NCBI GenBank assembly: GCA_015490805.1
Contig: WFXC01000002.1
Span: 98,437-162,436, forward strand
Direction: 5' to 3'
Source of the DNA: Candidatus Kapaibacterium sp.
Lineage (GTDB): Bacteria > Bacteroidota > Ignavibacteria > Kapaibacteriales > WFXC01
Length of the DNA stretch: 64,000 nt
The position numbers and the translations under genes are program-made. This document shows, piece by piece, positions 17,315-27,032 of the stretch; positions within the stretch are counted from its first letter, which is position 1; every line of letters starts with the position of its first letter. The notes below the pieces were generated by a model. The model was not told the origin of the DNA. It was given only the letters and a program-made list of their open reading frames with translations, and ran no database searches.

Positions 17315-18217
17315 TTATTGATCTGCCGGATAGCTCGCTAAGATCTGATCTAAGCGCTGAAGCATCGCAGTAATATGTCGTTCCAGCTGCTGCTTCGCTT
17401 GCCGCTGTTCCTCCGATAATCCCCGCTGCGATGACTGCTTTATTGCAGCCAATTCACTCTGCAATGCATCAATGCGGAAGCGATAGACCTCCAGTTGCTC
17501 TTTGTACGCCTGCGCTTCCCGGTACTGTGCTTCCAGTTGCTCCAACTGGAGCTGGAGTCGGGCATTTTCTTCCGCTAAAAGTTCCACCTCTTTCCGTAAT
17601 TGCTTCGCTTCCGACTGAAGCTGCTGTTCTGCTAAGGCATCTTCCAGTTGTTGAAGCTGCTTGTGCAGTTTATGCAGCTCCTCATTTTTGCGCACGATCT
17701 CCTTTTGCGCTAAGCGATACTCATACTGCACCTGCTGCAATTGCTCCTCCCGTTGCTGGAGCGTCTGCTGCAGCTGCTTGTACTCCACACGATAATGTTC
17801 GAGCTGCCGTTCGGACTCCTCCTGCTGGTACTGCCACTGCTGGCGATCCTGTTCCCACTGCTGACGTTGCTGGCGAAGCTGCTCCAATTCCTCTCGCAGG
17901 TTCTGTTCCTGTGCACGCCGTGCCCGCTCCTGTTCCAACTGCTCCTGCAACACTCTATGGTGATGTTGCTCTAAGGCTGCCCGCGTTTTCCACTGGTACA
18001 ACTCCTGCTCCAATTGCCGAATCCGTTCCTCCTTTTCCTCCACAGCCGCTGCCAGTAGGCGATACGTTTCCAGCTCTTCAACCTGGCGCCGTAGTTGGGC
18101 GTTCTCCTCTCTCAACGCTGCGTACGCATCTGCCAGCCGCGGCAACTGCTCTCCAACTTGCTGAATAACGGTCCACAACGCTTGAAGCCGATCCTCCATT
18201 CGTCCGATTACTCCCAC
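17315..18217 (-). CDS. 300-aa Q/E/R/L-rich coiled-coil protein, possibly a ZapB/DivIVA-like division protein.
   Basis: Heptad-rich throughout. N-terminus MEDRLQALWTVIQQVGEQLPRLADAYAALREENAQLRRQVEELE resembles the ZapB (DUF904) start. Immediately upstream of and co-directional with zapA. Confidence 0.45.
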   Translation of the reverse strand: MGVIGRMEDRLQALWTVIQQVGEQLPRLADAYAALREENAQLRRQVEELETYRLLAAAVEEKEERIRQLEQELYQWKTRAALEQHHHRVLQEQLEQERARRAQEQNLREELEQLRQQRQQWEQDRQQWQYQQEESERQLEHYRVEYKQLQQTLQQREEQLQQVQYEYRLAQKEIVRKNEELHKLHKQLQQLEDALAEQQLQSEAKQLRKEVELLAEENARLQLQLEQLEAQYREAQAYKEQLEVYRFRIDALQSELAAIKQSSQRGLSEEQRQAKQQLERHITAMLQRLDQILASYPADQ

Positions 18218-18297
18218 CTTATTTTCAATCCCAGAAGTGTAAAGTTACGAAAAATCAGGTAGACACGTACATCGATCTTCTTGGGTCTCTGCCTTCC

Positions 18298-18858
18298 TCA
18301 GAGTGGTTGCATCGCTGCTTCCGGACTGTGCGGGAACTGATGACGAAGACGTTCCAGCAGCGCCTGAAACGCCGGAAGATTATGATGCTGCAAATAATGT
18401 GCAATACCCTGCCAGTACAGCAAGGTGGCGCTCCGGGGATTGTCGGGATACTGTTCGACGGTTGCCGCTAACAACTGCTCGGCTTCCTGAAATTTGCCTC
18501 GCGTCAACAGCAAGCGCGCACGCGCAAGGCGCAGCACCAGCCGCAGGTCCTCTGCTGAAAGCACACCGTGCACCGCTTCAACCAGCGCTCCCCGGCGATC
18601 CAGAAAAAACATCGACGGAGTCCATATTGCCTGATACTGCCGCCGCAGTGCGGCTTCCTGATAAATATCCGCTTTGAGCAGTACAAACCATTGCTCCAAC
18701 TCTTCCATCACCTCCGTCACCGTATAGGTCTGGCTATAGAGTTTCTGACATCCCAGACATCCCTGTTTCTCAAATTGCAGAAAAATGCCCCGGCGTGTTC
18801 TGGTCGCCAACTGCTGTGCCTGTGCAAAATCCGTCTGCCAACGGCTCCAATCAACCAT
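18298..18858 (-). CDS. Thioredoxin-fold protein with a CxxC motif and a helical (TPR-like) C-terminal half.
   Basis: FLQFEKQGCLGCQKL (CLGC). About 186 aa. Overlaps the end of the upstream AI-2E gene by 8 nt. Confidence 0.5.
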   Translation of the reverse strand: MVDWSRWQTDFAQAQQLATRTRRGIFLQFEKQGCLGCQKLYSQTYTVTEVMEELEQWFVLLKADIYQEAALRRQYQAIWTPSMFFLDRRGALVEAVHGVLSAEDLRLVLRLARARLLLTRGKFQEAEQLLAATVEQYPDNPRSATLLYWQGIAHYLQHHNLPAFQALLERLRHQFPHSPEAAMQPL

Positions 18859-19963
18859 TTCCCGGAGATCCTGTTGTTACACTTGCTGGCTTTGATGCTG
18901 ACGGCGAAGCTGGAATCCCTCCCATCAGGACTGCCAGCGGTTTGAGCGGTGGAACATTTTCGCAAATAATTTTCAGGGTTGCAATCATCGGAACAGACAA
19001 CACCATACCGATTAATCCCCACAGCCATCCCCAAAAGATCAAAGCAACCAGCACCAGTAAGGGACTGAGGTCTAAACTCTCCCCCATAATTTTGGGCTCA
19101 ATGACATTCCCAATCACCATTTGCATTCCCGTCAGAATACCACCCAGCAATAATGCCAGCCCCAGATCTCCGAACTGAATCAAAGAGAACAGGGACGGCA
19201 ACAGGGTGGCAACGATAGATCCAAAGTTGGGAATGTAATTGAGCAGAAAAGTCAGCACACCCCACAGGAGGGCAAAATCAACGCCAAAGAATGCCAGAAT
19301 CAGGGTAGCAACACTGCCGGTTGCCAGACTGATCAGCGTCTTCGTGAAAATGTACTGTCGCACCTGATGGTCAATATTCCGAACAATGTGTTCCAGCCGC
19401 TCCGCATACTGCGGATAAAAGGCTTTCCGCAGCTTTTTTCCCACATCGCCGGTGCCAGCAAGGATAAACATCATAAAAAACAGCACCAGGAAAAAATTTG
19501 TCAGGAAGGCGAAAATGGAGCCCAGGCTGGATGTTAAAACGGTGGAGAGAGCAGAAATATCGATCAGTTCCTGCCAGGAGATGTCGGCAACCAGATCCCG
19601 AAGCTGTGACCGCTGGATGGTTTCCCAGAAGGACTGAATGAGAAAATCAATCCGCTGCTGGTAGCGAGGCAGCGCAGCGACAAAAGCATCAACGGTGGAA
19701 TACACACCCAATGCAAACAGCGTCACAATAGCAGCAACCGCAATAAGCACAATTGCAATGGTAATAGGCATTGGAATGCCTCGCCGCTGCGACAGCGACG
19801 CTACCAGCGGTTTAAAGAGGTAAGAAAGAAAGATAGCAATCACAAATGGAATCAGGATCGAGCGCAACTGGTAAAACACAAATCCAACGGCGACAGTTGC
19901 CAGAATGATCAGCGGAATGCCCAGAAGCCGAATTTCTCGAATGAGAGGATCGCGCCCATCCAT
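18851..19963 (-). CDS. AI-2E family transporter (UPF0118/PerM/YhhT-like permease).
   Basis: Eight TM helices. C-terminal signature MGESLDLSPLLVLVALIFWGWLWGLIGMVLSVPM. Start chosen at MDGRDPLIRE... (19963). Confidence 0.8.
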   Translation of the reverse strand: MDGRDPLIREIRLLGIPLIILATVAVGFVFYQLRSILIPFVIAIFLSYLFKPLVASLSQRRGIPMPITIAIVLIAVAAIVTLFALGVYSTVDAFVAALPRYQQRIDFLIQSFWETIQRSQLRDLVADISWQELIDISALSTVLTSSLGSIFAFLTNFFLVLFFMMFILAGTGDVGKKLRKAFYPQYAERLEHIVRNIDHQVRQYIFTKTLISLATGSVATLILAFFGVDFALLWGVLTFLLNYIPNFGSIVATLLPSLFSLIQFGDLGLALLLGGILTGMQMVIGNVIEPKIMGESLDLSPLLVLVALIFWGWLWGLIGMVLSVPMIATLKIICENVPPLKPLAVLMGGIPASPSASKPASVTTGSPGNG

Positions 19964-19970
19964 AAAAACA

Positions 19971-22900
19971 TCACCAACTGTATCGATACAACACTTTGAT
20001 TTCGTATTCACGTTGCTGGCTGAGTAAAGATTGTGTCTGAACTACACTCCGGCGAATCTGGACCACCAAACCACGGAGCGCTTCAACACTGGTCAAACTG
20101 CCCAGAGGAAAATTAATTTCAAACGTCGCACGACTGATGTCTCCCACCTCTCCTCCATACTGCCACAACACTCCCAAGGGTGCAATTTCGCCACGCAGCC
20201 GAATTTCCGCCTGTGTCAGGTCCCAATCTCCAAAGGTTTCTGATTGTCGGAGCACAATGTCAGCACTGCGAATAATGCCGGTACTTTGCAGCACCTCTGT
20301 GATAAACTTTGATAACCCAGAGGAAATGCCCGACGAAAAGATACTTGCCAATTGTGGATCGCTGCTTCCCTGCTGAAATTCTGCTTTCGTTTTACCGAAC
20401 AGAATCAAAAAAATACTATTTGCCTGCACTTCCTGTGGATCCCCTGTCTGTTCTTCCCCGTTAATGTAGTAAGCAAATCGCAACTTCGGCGCCTTTTTCG
20501 TGCCCTGAATGTAAATGACCACCCGGTATGTTTGCACATCTTGTTCTATAAAACGACGTCCGCGCAATTCTGCCACCAGGTCCAGCTCAGGGTTATCAAT
20601 GCCTGTTCGAAAAGAAATCCGCCCTTCGGCAGAAAAAATCCGATAAAACTTGTACGTTGATCCCTTGCGAACAATTAACTCACCATAGAACTCCGGTTTG
20701 CCCGTGAGCGGGTTGGTCATATAATACAAGGGCTCTGGAGCTTCTAATTCCGCCACCAATTGCTCGAAAGGACTGAAGTCCATTGTCACCAGAACGGATG
20801 TTCGAAAGTGAATGGTCAGGAAATAGTGCAGTCGATCTAAAAATGAAGGCTGCAAATTCGGTAGCTCCGCTACCGGTTTCGCCGTTGTATCTCCCACTGT
20901 CTGGTACAGTGCATCGGGGCAGTTGCGATCCAATCGCAGCCGCTTACCATTCCGGTACACAATCCGCTCGTAGCAATATGGCTGTTGAAAGTTTTCCATA
21001 TCCTGCTGTTCGGGGAAAAACAGCACCGCTTTCAGTACATCAATTTCTCCGCTCAACGATGGCAACTCCAAGGAACCGGATAATCGCAGTGGAGTGCGAG
21101 TTCGGAGGACAAGAGTACCATAGAGTGCCGGGTTGACTGCCTGCGTTGCCCGGCTCATTACCAGTAATTTTGCCGTGTGCAACTGGAGATCGAACTGCTT
21201 GAGGGAAAAGCTGGGGAGAAAAACAAAACCCCGAAGCTCTGCCCTGCCATCGGGAAGATCTTCAGGCATATTGTGCACATTCAACGCACTGATAAAAAGG
21301 GTATCTTTGCGAAACGTGATCCTTCCGTCGACACGGTACCGAATATTCGTAGCCGGGACGACGAACTGCCCCCGATCAATGTCTGCTTCTCCCCGATACA
21401 CCAATCGATCCGGCAGATATCCACTAAGCTGAAGCTGGAGTTGCCAGCTCCCTGTGAGATCCACCACAAAGGGAAGAACAGGCTGGAGCATTGCCAGCGG
21501 CATACGCTCAGCAACGACGCTTGCATACAGCGGGCGCGTTGTATCAATGGCAAACCGCCAGTCCTGAAAATTGATCTGGAGAGGCAATTGCTGCAACACC
21601 AATTGCAGCCGTGGCTTTGCGCGATCCGTCAACACTGCCTCTCCTTGCCAGATCTGGTATTGGTATCGCAGTGTACCGGCGAAAACCCCCAGCTTCTGAC
21701 GCTGGAAAAAGAGGGTATCCGTCGCCCATTGAATCTGAATTGTGGGTTCTGCCAGCGCACCCTGCACAACCATCTCACACCAGCGCACTGTGCCCTGCAA
21801 TGCACTGAGTAAAGCGGTACTATCCAGCTCAAAGATTTGCTGGAACAGAGGACGAAGCGCCTCATTGGTCAATGTTAGCGTCAGATCAGCCCAATCAGCA
21901 AACCGCCAGATTCCCCGAACACGAATGCTGTCCCCATAAATACCGGCAAATTCCACTTGTTCAAATGTTATGGCAGCCGGTGTTAGATAAGCCCAGACGG
22001 GGCGCGTCGCTCCCCACTGAAGCTGGCGATACCGAATGTTCGCAGTATCCAATTGCACCTGAAGTCGGGCGTTATCCGTAACCACTGTTCCTGCCAGTGC
22101 TAGCCGCATAGAATCAGAGGCAAAAGCCACCGTACCGCCAATGCGAACACTGTCTCCCCGACGGTGAAAAACCGCACTTCCCTTCCAGATATCCAGCCGA
22201 TCTACTCGCAGCCCGTAGGGTAAACGTGCAACGATGTGAACCTGATCCCGCTCAGGCTCCGGGAACAACCGCTGCTGAACGCTTCCCGCTATGGAAAAAA
22301 TCTGGATGGTATCGGTAGCTGTGTGGAGATCAAAATTCACAAGCTGGAGTGAATCAATGCGCAGCATGCTTGCTTGCCCAGGATATTGAATCACCCGTCC
22401 CGTCAAGGTTCCCTGAAACCAGAGGGAAAAATCTGGCAACAACGGCTGCAAGTAGGCAGCATTGAGCAAATGGAGGGAAAAGCGGCAATCCACAGAATCC
22501 TGAAACATCCGCTCTGGTTTTGCAGTGGTATCCGCAAAAAGCTGCACCGAACGAACAAAGTATCCTGCAAGCTCCGTGGAATGTTGCACCAGATTGTGCA
22601 CCAATGCTGCCCACCGAAAAGTTCCATCCAGACGAACGGCTGCAAAATCAGAACGCAGCTCTACTGACCGTCCTTCCGAACTTTGATTTGCCAGCAGTTG
22701 CACAGTGAAAGGCAGGAAGCTTCGATCTTTCCAATCGATGCGGTCCACCTGCGCCGTTAATTGCCCGACAAAATCATCCACCGTTGCTCCCTGTCCTGCT
22801 AAATGTACCTGTGCAGTCACCCGAAAGGGAAGCGAAGGAAAGAGCTGCTGCAATGCCAGTCGATCCATTTGGAGCGCAATATCATACCGGGGCGCTGTGG

Positions 22901-24473
22901 TATCCACAGAGACCCATCCCTGCATCTGTAGATTGCGTTGCAGCGTAGCATCGTGATAAAAGATCAAGGAATCCAGAGATAACCGCTGATCTCGATACTG
23001 GACAGCGAGCTGGAGCTTGCCAATGTGTCCGGACTCCACGGCGGAACGCCGAAGTGTCAACGCCAGTGTTCCCTGGCTGTTTTCCAGAGTCGTTCCCTGC
23101 AGACACCCCTCAATGGTACCGGTGAGCTGGGTGGACGGAAACAGTCGCCGACTGAATTGCTGCAAATTAAGCTGCTGGAACTGGAGTTGCACACAGTATT
23201 GATGTTTCGCAAGGTCATACTGCACCTGCCCTTGCAACCGAGCTGCATCAGCGAGCGCCTGCACTTCGAACGTTGCCCTAGCAGGCGTGCCATCGAATTG
23301 CAATTGCCGAATGCGCAGCGAATCCAGATCCTGAAGCATCGGAGGCAGCGTTACAGGGAAGAATCGTAGAAGATCCGGGCGAAAGATGACCGCCGATGCT
23401 GCTGCCGTAGTAAAGCGGGATTGTGACAGTGGGGTTTCCAGTACCCCAGTACCTCGAAGCTGGAGGAAACTGCTGCCAGCGGCAAGCCTAAACCGCCGAA
23501 TTGCTATGTGCCGTTTTTGCAGATCTCCAACTGCCTGAAGATACACCACGCCCTTGCCGGGCGGCAGTTGCGGCAGAAACAATCGCAACTCTTCCATACG
23601 GAGAGAATCCGCTTCTACCGACCACTGCACAGTAAGCGCATCCCGATCGCCAGCCATAAAAGCCCGAAGGCTGTCGGCCTGGACATTCAAACGGATCGAA
23701 GAGCCGGCACTGTGCACAATCGTATTGAAAACTTCTACCGCATCTCTAACTTTGCGAATGGTTCCCGTCGCATTGCGCAGCCGGAAAGTAGAGAATCGAT
23801 CAACGAAAGCAAGCTGTTTGAGAAACACTGTGATCGTCGTACCATCGGTGCTGCCAGCCAGTTGCGCTTTCAATGCCAGACTATCCAGTTGCAACCGATC
23901 CACTAAGAATCGACCAGCAGGAGCGCGTAACCAGCGTTCGTCAACGTGCACCAATTGACCGCTGCGGATTTCCAGTTGGTCGATCCGGTAAGACCACTGA
24001 GTGGTTGTCGATGCAATCGTATCCGGTCGTACAATGCGCTGATAATTCCACCACTGCTTGCCCCGACGACGATAGAGATAAACTTTCGGCCGATCGATCA
24101 GCAGTTCCGAGATCTCGAGGTGACGCCGAAGTACCGCTTCGATATTGTAGTCGATACGGATTCGAGGAATAAAGGCAAGCGTATCCCCATCGACTACCAG
24201 CAAGACGTTCTCCAGGCTCAATGTATTCCACAAGGTACCGCCAACATCTCCGATGTGGAAAGTGGCACCGGGCAAGAGCATCCGGTTAATCGAGGCTTCG
24301 ATTGTGCGCAGCACCAAGGAGCGGACCGGGGGAAGCTGAAACAATCCGATCACGCCTACCGGGAAGAGCAGCAGAAGCAATACGATAACTCCAACTATTC
24401 GTCGGAATGACCATCGAGATCGCCGGCTGTCCGACGATGGTTGTGTTGCTGCTGAGGATTGCTGTTCCGACAT
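19971..24473 (-). CDS. tamB: Translocation and assembly module protein TamB (AsmA-like, DUF490 C-terminal domain), 1500 aa.
   Basis: Single N-terminal TM anchor (IVGVIVLLLLLFPVGVIGLF), very long beta-rich body, C-terminal DUF490-like region ending ...YEIKVLYRYSW. Confidence 0.7.
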   Translation of the reverse strand: MSEQQSSAATQPSSDSRRSRWSFRRIVGVIVLLLLLFPVGVIGLFQLPPVRSLVLRTIEASINRMLLPGATFHIGDVGGTLWNTLSLENVLLVVDGDTLAFIPRIRIDYNIEAVLRRHLEISELLIDRPKVYLYRRRGKQWWNYQRIVRPDTIASTTTQWSYRIDQLEIRSGQLVHVDERWLRAPAGRFLVDRLQLDSLALKAQLAGSTDGTTITVFLKQLAFVDRFSTFRLRNATGTIRKVRDAVEVFNTIVHSAGSSIRLNVQADSLRAFMAGDRDALTVQWSVEADSLRMEELRLFLPQLPPGKGVVYLQAVGDLQKRHIAIRRFRLAAGSSFLQLRGTGVLETPLSQSRFTTAAASAVIFRPDLLRFFPVTLPPMLQDLDSLRIRQLQFDGTPARATFEVQALADAARLQGQVQYDLAKHQYCVQLQFQQLNLQQFSRRLFPSTQLTGTIEGCLQGTTLENSQGTLALTLRRSAVESGHIGKLQLAVQYRDQRLSLDSLIFYHDATLQRNLQMQGWVSVDTTAPRYDIALQMDRLALQQLFPSLPFRVTAQVHLAGQGATVDDFVGQLTAQVDRIDWKDRSFLPFTVQLLANQSSEGRSVELRSDFAAVRLDGTFRWAALVHNLVQHSTELAGYFVRSVQLFADTTAKPERMFQDSVDCRFSLHLLNAAYLQPLLPDFSLWFQGTLTGRVIQYPGQASMLRIDSLQLVNFDLHTATDTIQIFSIAGSVQQRLFPEPERDQVHIVARLPYGLRVDRLDIWKGSAVFHRRGDSVRIGGTVAFASDSMRLALAGTVVTDNARLQVQLDTANIRYRQLQWGATRPVWAYLTPAAITFEQVEFAGIYGDSIRVRGIWRFADWADLTLTLTNEALRPLFQQIFELDSTALLSALQGTVRWCEMVVQGALAEPTIQIQWATDTLFFQRQKLGVFAGTLRYQYQIWQGEAVLTDRAKPRLQLVLQQLPLQINFQDWRFAIDTTRPLYASVVAERMPLAMLQPVLPFVVDLTGSWQLQLQLSGYLPDRLVYRGEADIDRGQFVVPATNIRYRVDGRITFRKDTLFISALNVHNMPEDLPDGRAELRGFVFLPSFSLKQFDLQLHTAKLLVMSRATQAVNPALYGTLVLRTRTPLRLSGSLELPSLSGEIDVLKAVLFFPEQQDMENFQQPYCYERIVYRNGKRLRLDRNCPDALYQTVGDTTAKPVAELPNLQPSFLDRLHYFLTIHFRTSVLVTMDFSPFEQLVAELEAPEPLYYMTNPLTGKPEFYGELIVRKGSTYKFYRIFSAEGRISFRTGIDNPELDLVAELRGRRFIEQDVQTYRVVIYIQGTKKAPKLRFAYYINGEEQTGDPQEVQANSIFLILFGKTKAEFQQGSSDPQLASIFSSGISSGLSKFITEVLQSTGIIRSADIVLRQSETFGDWDLTQAEIRLRGEIAPLGVLWQYGGEVGDISRATFEINFPLGSLTSVEALRGLVVQIRRSVVQTQSLLSQQREYEIKVLYRYSW

Positions 24474-24536
24474 CCAGACTGTTACCCTGCTACTTTCTGC
24501 CCATCAGGGCTCAGTGACGCACACTTGCCGCCTGTG

Positions 24537-25571
24537 TTACAACTGCAACGCTGAAGAATTCTCCAGAAACAGGGTCATCAAAGCAATGGCTGCTTCAATA
24601 TCTTCTTGATGCGCTGTTTCCACCGCACTGTGGGTGTAGCGAGTTGGGATCGAAATAGTACAGACTGGAATCCCTTCCCGACTGCGCTGCATACCACCGG
24701 CATCCGTTCCACCACGGGGCAGCACTTCCATCTGGTAAGGAATGTTGTTTTCCTCCGCCAGTTGGCGGAAGAAATGCACCAGCCGCTGATCAGAGATCGA
24801 ATAGGAATCCAGCACTTTAATAGCAACGCCTTCTCCCAGCCGCGTGCAGTAATCTTTTTCTTCTATTCCGGGGATATCCGCCGCAATGGTAATATCGATC
24901 GCGATGCCGATGTCAGGTTCCAATCCAAAAGCTGCGGTTTGCGCACCCCGTAAACCCACTTCTTCCTGAACGGTCGCTACAGCATAAATATCATCCGCTG
25001 ACGCTTGAAAACGCCGGAATGCTTCGATCATCACATACAACCCGACGCGATCATCTAAGGTTTTGGAAGTCACACACTGCCCTAAGGGAATAAATTCCCG
25101 CTCCAGCGTAATCATATCCCCTACCTGCACCAACTGCCGTACGTCTTCACCAGGCAAGCCAACATCGATAAACAAATCAGACAGGGGCACTACCTTACTC
25201 CGTTCTTCCGGTGTTGTGAAATGGGTAGGCTTAATGCCAATCACGCCATCCAGCACTTCCCGTCCATAAACTTTAACCCGCTGAGCAACTAAGGTACGTG
25301 GATCGAATCCACCAACAGGATGGAAGTAGATAAATCCCTCTTTGGAGATGTGGCGTACCACAAATCCAATCTCGTCCATATGGGCAGCAATCATAATGGT
25401 GCGAGGACTGGGACCGCTGCCTTTCCGAACAGCGAACAGGTTTCCCATCTGGTCTTCGAAAAAGTCCTCTGCATACGCACTCAGCTCCTGGCGAATCAAC
25501 TGCCGCATCTGTTCTTCTCGTCCCGGAATACCGGGAGTACGGCACAATTTGGCTAACAATTCCAGGGACAT
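24537..25571 (-). CDS. M42 family aminopeptidase (FrvX/glutamyl aminopeptidase-like).
   Basis: IMIAAHMDEIGFVV metal-binding motif. Start at MSLELLAKL... (25571). Confidence 0.8.
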   Translation of the reverse strand: MSLELLAKLCRTPGIPGREEQMRQLIRQELSAYAEDFFEDQMGNLFAVRKGSGPSPRTIMIAAHMDEIGFVVRHISKEGFIYFHPVGGFDPRTLVAQRVKVYGREVLDGVIGIKPTHFTTPEERSKVVPLSDLFIDVGLPGEDVRQLVQVGDMITLEREFIPLGQCVTSKTLDDRVGLYVMIEAFRRFQASADDIYAVATVQEEVGLRGAQTAAFGLEPDIGIAIDITIAADIPGIEEKDYCTRLGEGVAIKVLDSYSISDQRLVHFFRQLAEENNIPYQMEVLPRGGTDAGGMQRSREGIPVCTISIPTRYTHSAVETAHQEDIEAAIALMTLFLENSSALQL

Positions 25572-25587
25572 TGCTCTCAATCCAGAT

Positions 25588-26151
25588 TTATGATACAGCG
25601 AATTTTTCCAGTTCAGCAGTGGTAAAGAGCGCTCGCAGGCGCAAATGCACTTTTTCAAGATGTTCAATTGCCACCGCCCCACCCCGGTTGATAACGCACA
25701 GTACCTCTTCTACCGATGCGCCTGCTTCTCGAAGCGCCGAAACACTTTCTACTACCTGCCCCCCGGTGGTCACAACATCTTCCAGCACCACAACGTTTTT
25801 GCCTGTCACTGCCGCCCCTTCGGCGATGCGCTGTGTTCCATACGGTTTTGGCTGCTTTCGCACAAACGCAGCCGGGATGCCGGTATACAGCGACAGCGCC
25901 GTCGCCAAAGGGATTCCTCCCATTTCCAATCCAGCGATAACCTCTGTTTTGGCGGGCAGGAATGCTGCCAGATGTTCTGCAATCGCTGCTAACAGCACGG
26001 GCTGACTTTCAAACTGATACTTGTCAAAATACTCCCGGCTGATTTGCCCCGAACGCAGCTTGAATTGACCGGTCAAATGCGAAATACGATAGATGGCGCG
26101 TGCTAAATCCGTTCGGTGCATCGAATCCTCAGCAGCTCCCGTTGTTTCCAA
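25588..26151 (-). CDS. pyrE: Orotate phosphoribosyltransferase.
   Basis: PRPP-binding motif VVVLEDVVTTGGQ. About 187 aa. Confidence 0.85.
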   Translation of the reverse strand: METTGAAEDSMHRTDLARAIYRISHLTGQFKLRSGQISREYFDKYQFESQPVLLAAIAEHLAAFLPAKTEVIAGLEMGGIPLATALSLYTGIPAAFVRKQPKPYGTQRIAEGAAVTGKNVVVLEDVVTTGGQVVESVSALREAGASVEEVLCVINRGGAVAIEHLEKVHLRLRALFTTAELEKFAVS

Positions 26152-26225
26152 AACTGCAAATATACAGTTTTCCTCTTCGATCTACGTTTGCGTGCTTTGG
26201 TGAGATGAAGGGAACAAAGCGCAAA

Positions 26226-27032
26226 ATGAAAGTTTGTACGTACAACGTCAACTCTATTCGCGCACGCTCCGAGCTGGTGACGCGATGGTTAGAAAAACGC
26301 ACCGCCGATCTGGACGTCCTCTGTTTGCAGGAACTGAAAGTGGTCGATGAGCTCTTTCCCCACCACCTGTTCCAGCCTGCTGGATACCAGTGTTATCCAT
26401 TCGGCCAAAAAACGTACAACGGCGTTGCTATCTGTACCCGACATCCTTTAACGACCGTTCACTATGGGTTTGGCGATCCTCAGTGGGATGAGCAAAAACG
26501 GCTAATATGGGGTGCAACCGAAATGCTCACCATTGTCAATGTGTACGCACCACATGGCGACGTTCGAGGGACGGAAAAATACTTCTACAAACTTCGATGG
26601 TATGAGCGATTCCGGGACTTTTTAAACACCACCTTTCATCCAGATCAACCACTGATTGTCGTCGGCGACTTCAACGTTGCTCTGGAGGACAAAGATGTGT
26701 ATGATCCGGATGCGCTTCGAGACACTATTGGTACAATGCCAGAAGAGCGAGAAGCGCTGCGCTCCATTCTGGAGTGGGGCTTGATCGACTCTTTCCGTTT
26801 TCTTTATCCCGATCAACAGCAATTTACCTGGTGGGATTACATTGGCGGTGCGATCTGGAAGAATGCAGGAATGCGAATTGACTACATCCTCTGCACCCGC
26901 CCTTTGCTACCCGCCCTCCAGGACGTCGAGGTAGATCTATGGGCACGCCGGCGCCGCAAGCCAACGCCGTCAGACCACGCCCCGGTGATCGCAACTTTTG
27001 ACTTATCACAGATAAAAACGGAGAAGCCATAA
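26226..27032 (+). CDS. xthA: Exodeoxyribonuclease III (AP endonuclease family 1).
   Basis: MKVCTYNVNSIRAR start. LCLQELK, WDYIGG and DHAPV motifs. Start moved to ATG 26226. Confidence 0.85.
   Translation: MKVCTYNVNSIRARSELVTRWLEKRTADLDVLCLQELKVVDELFPHHLFQPAGYQCYPFGQKTYNGVAICTRHPLTTVHYGFGDPQWDEQKRLIWGATEMLTIVNVYAPHGDVRGTEKYFYKLRWYERFRDFLNTTFHPDQPLIVVGDFNVALEDKDVYDPDALRDTIGTMPEEREALRSILEWGLIDSFRFLYPDQQQFTWWDYIGGAIWKNAGMRIDYILCTRPLLPALQDVEVDLWARRRRKPTPSDHAPVIATFDLSQIKTEKP

Noticed and set aside
17431-18168. 245-aa Ala/Pro/Thr-rich ORF on the plus strand.
   Set aside because: It is antisense to the Q/E-rich coiled-coil gene. CAG/CTG-rich codon repeats generate long open shadow frames, and this ORF has no start context or domain.
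25571-25682. 37-aa N-terminal extension of the M42 peptidase ORF.
   Set aside because: The extension (MGRWQLNILKKCICACER...) runs into pyrE on the same strand. The MSLELLAKL start matches family N-termini.
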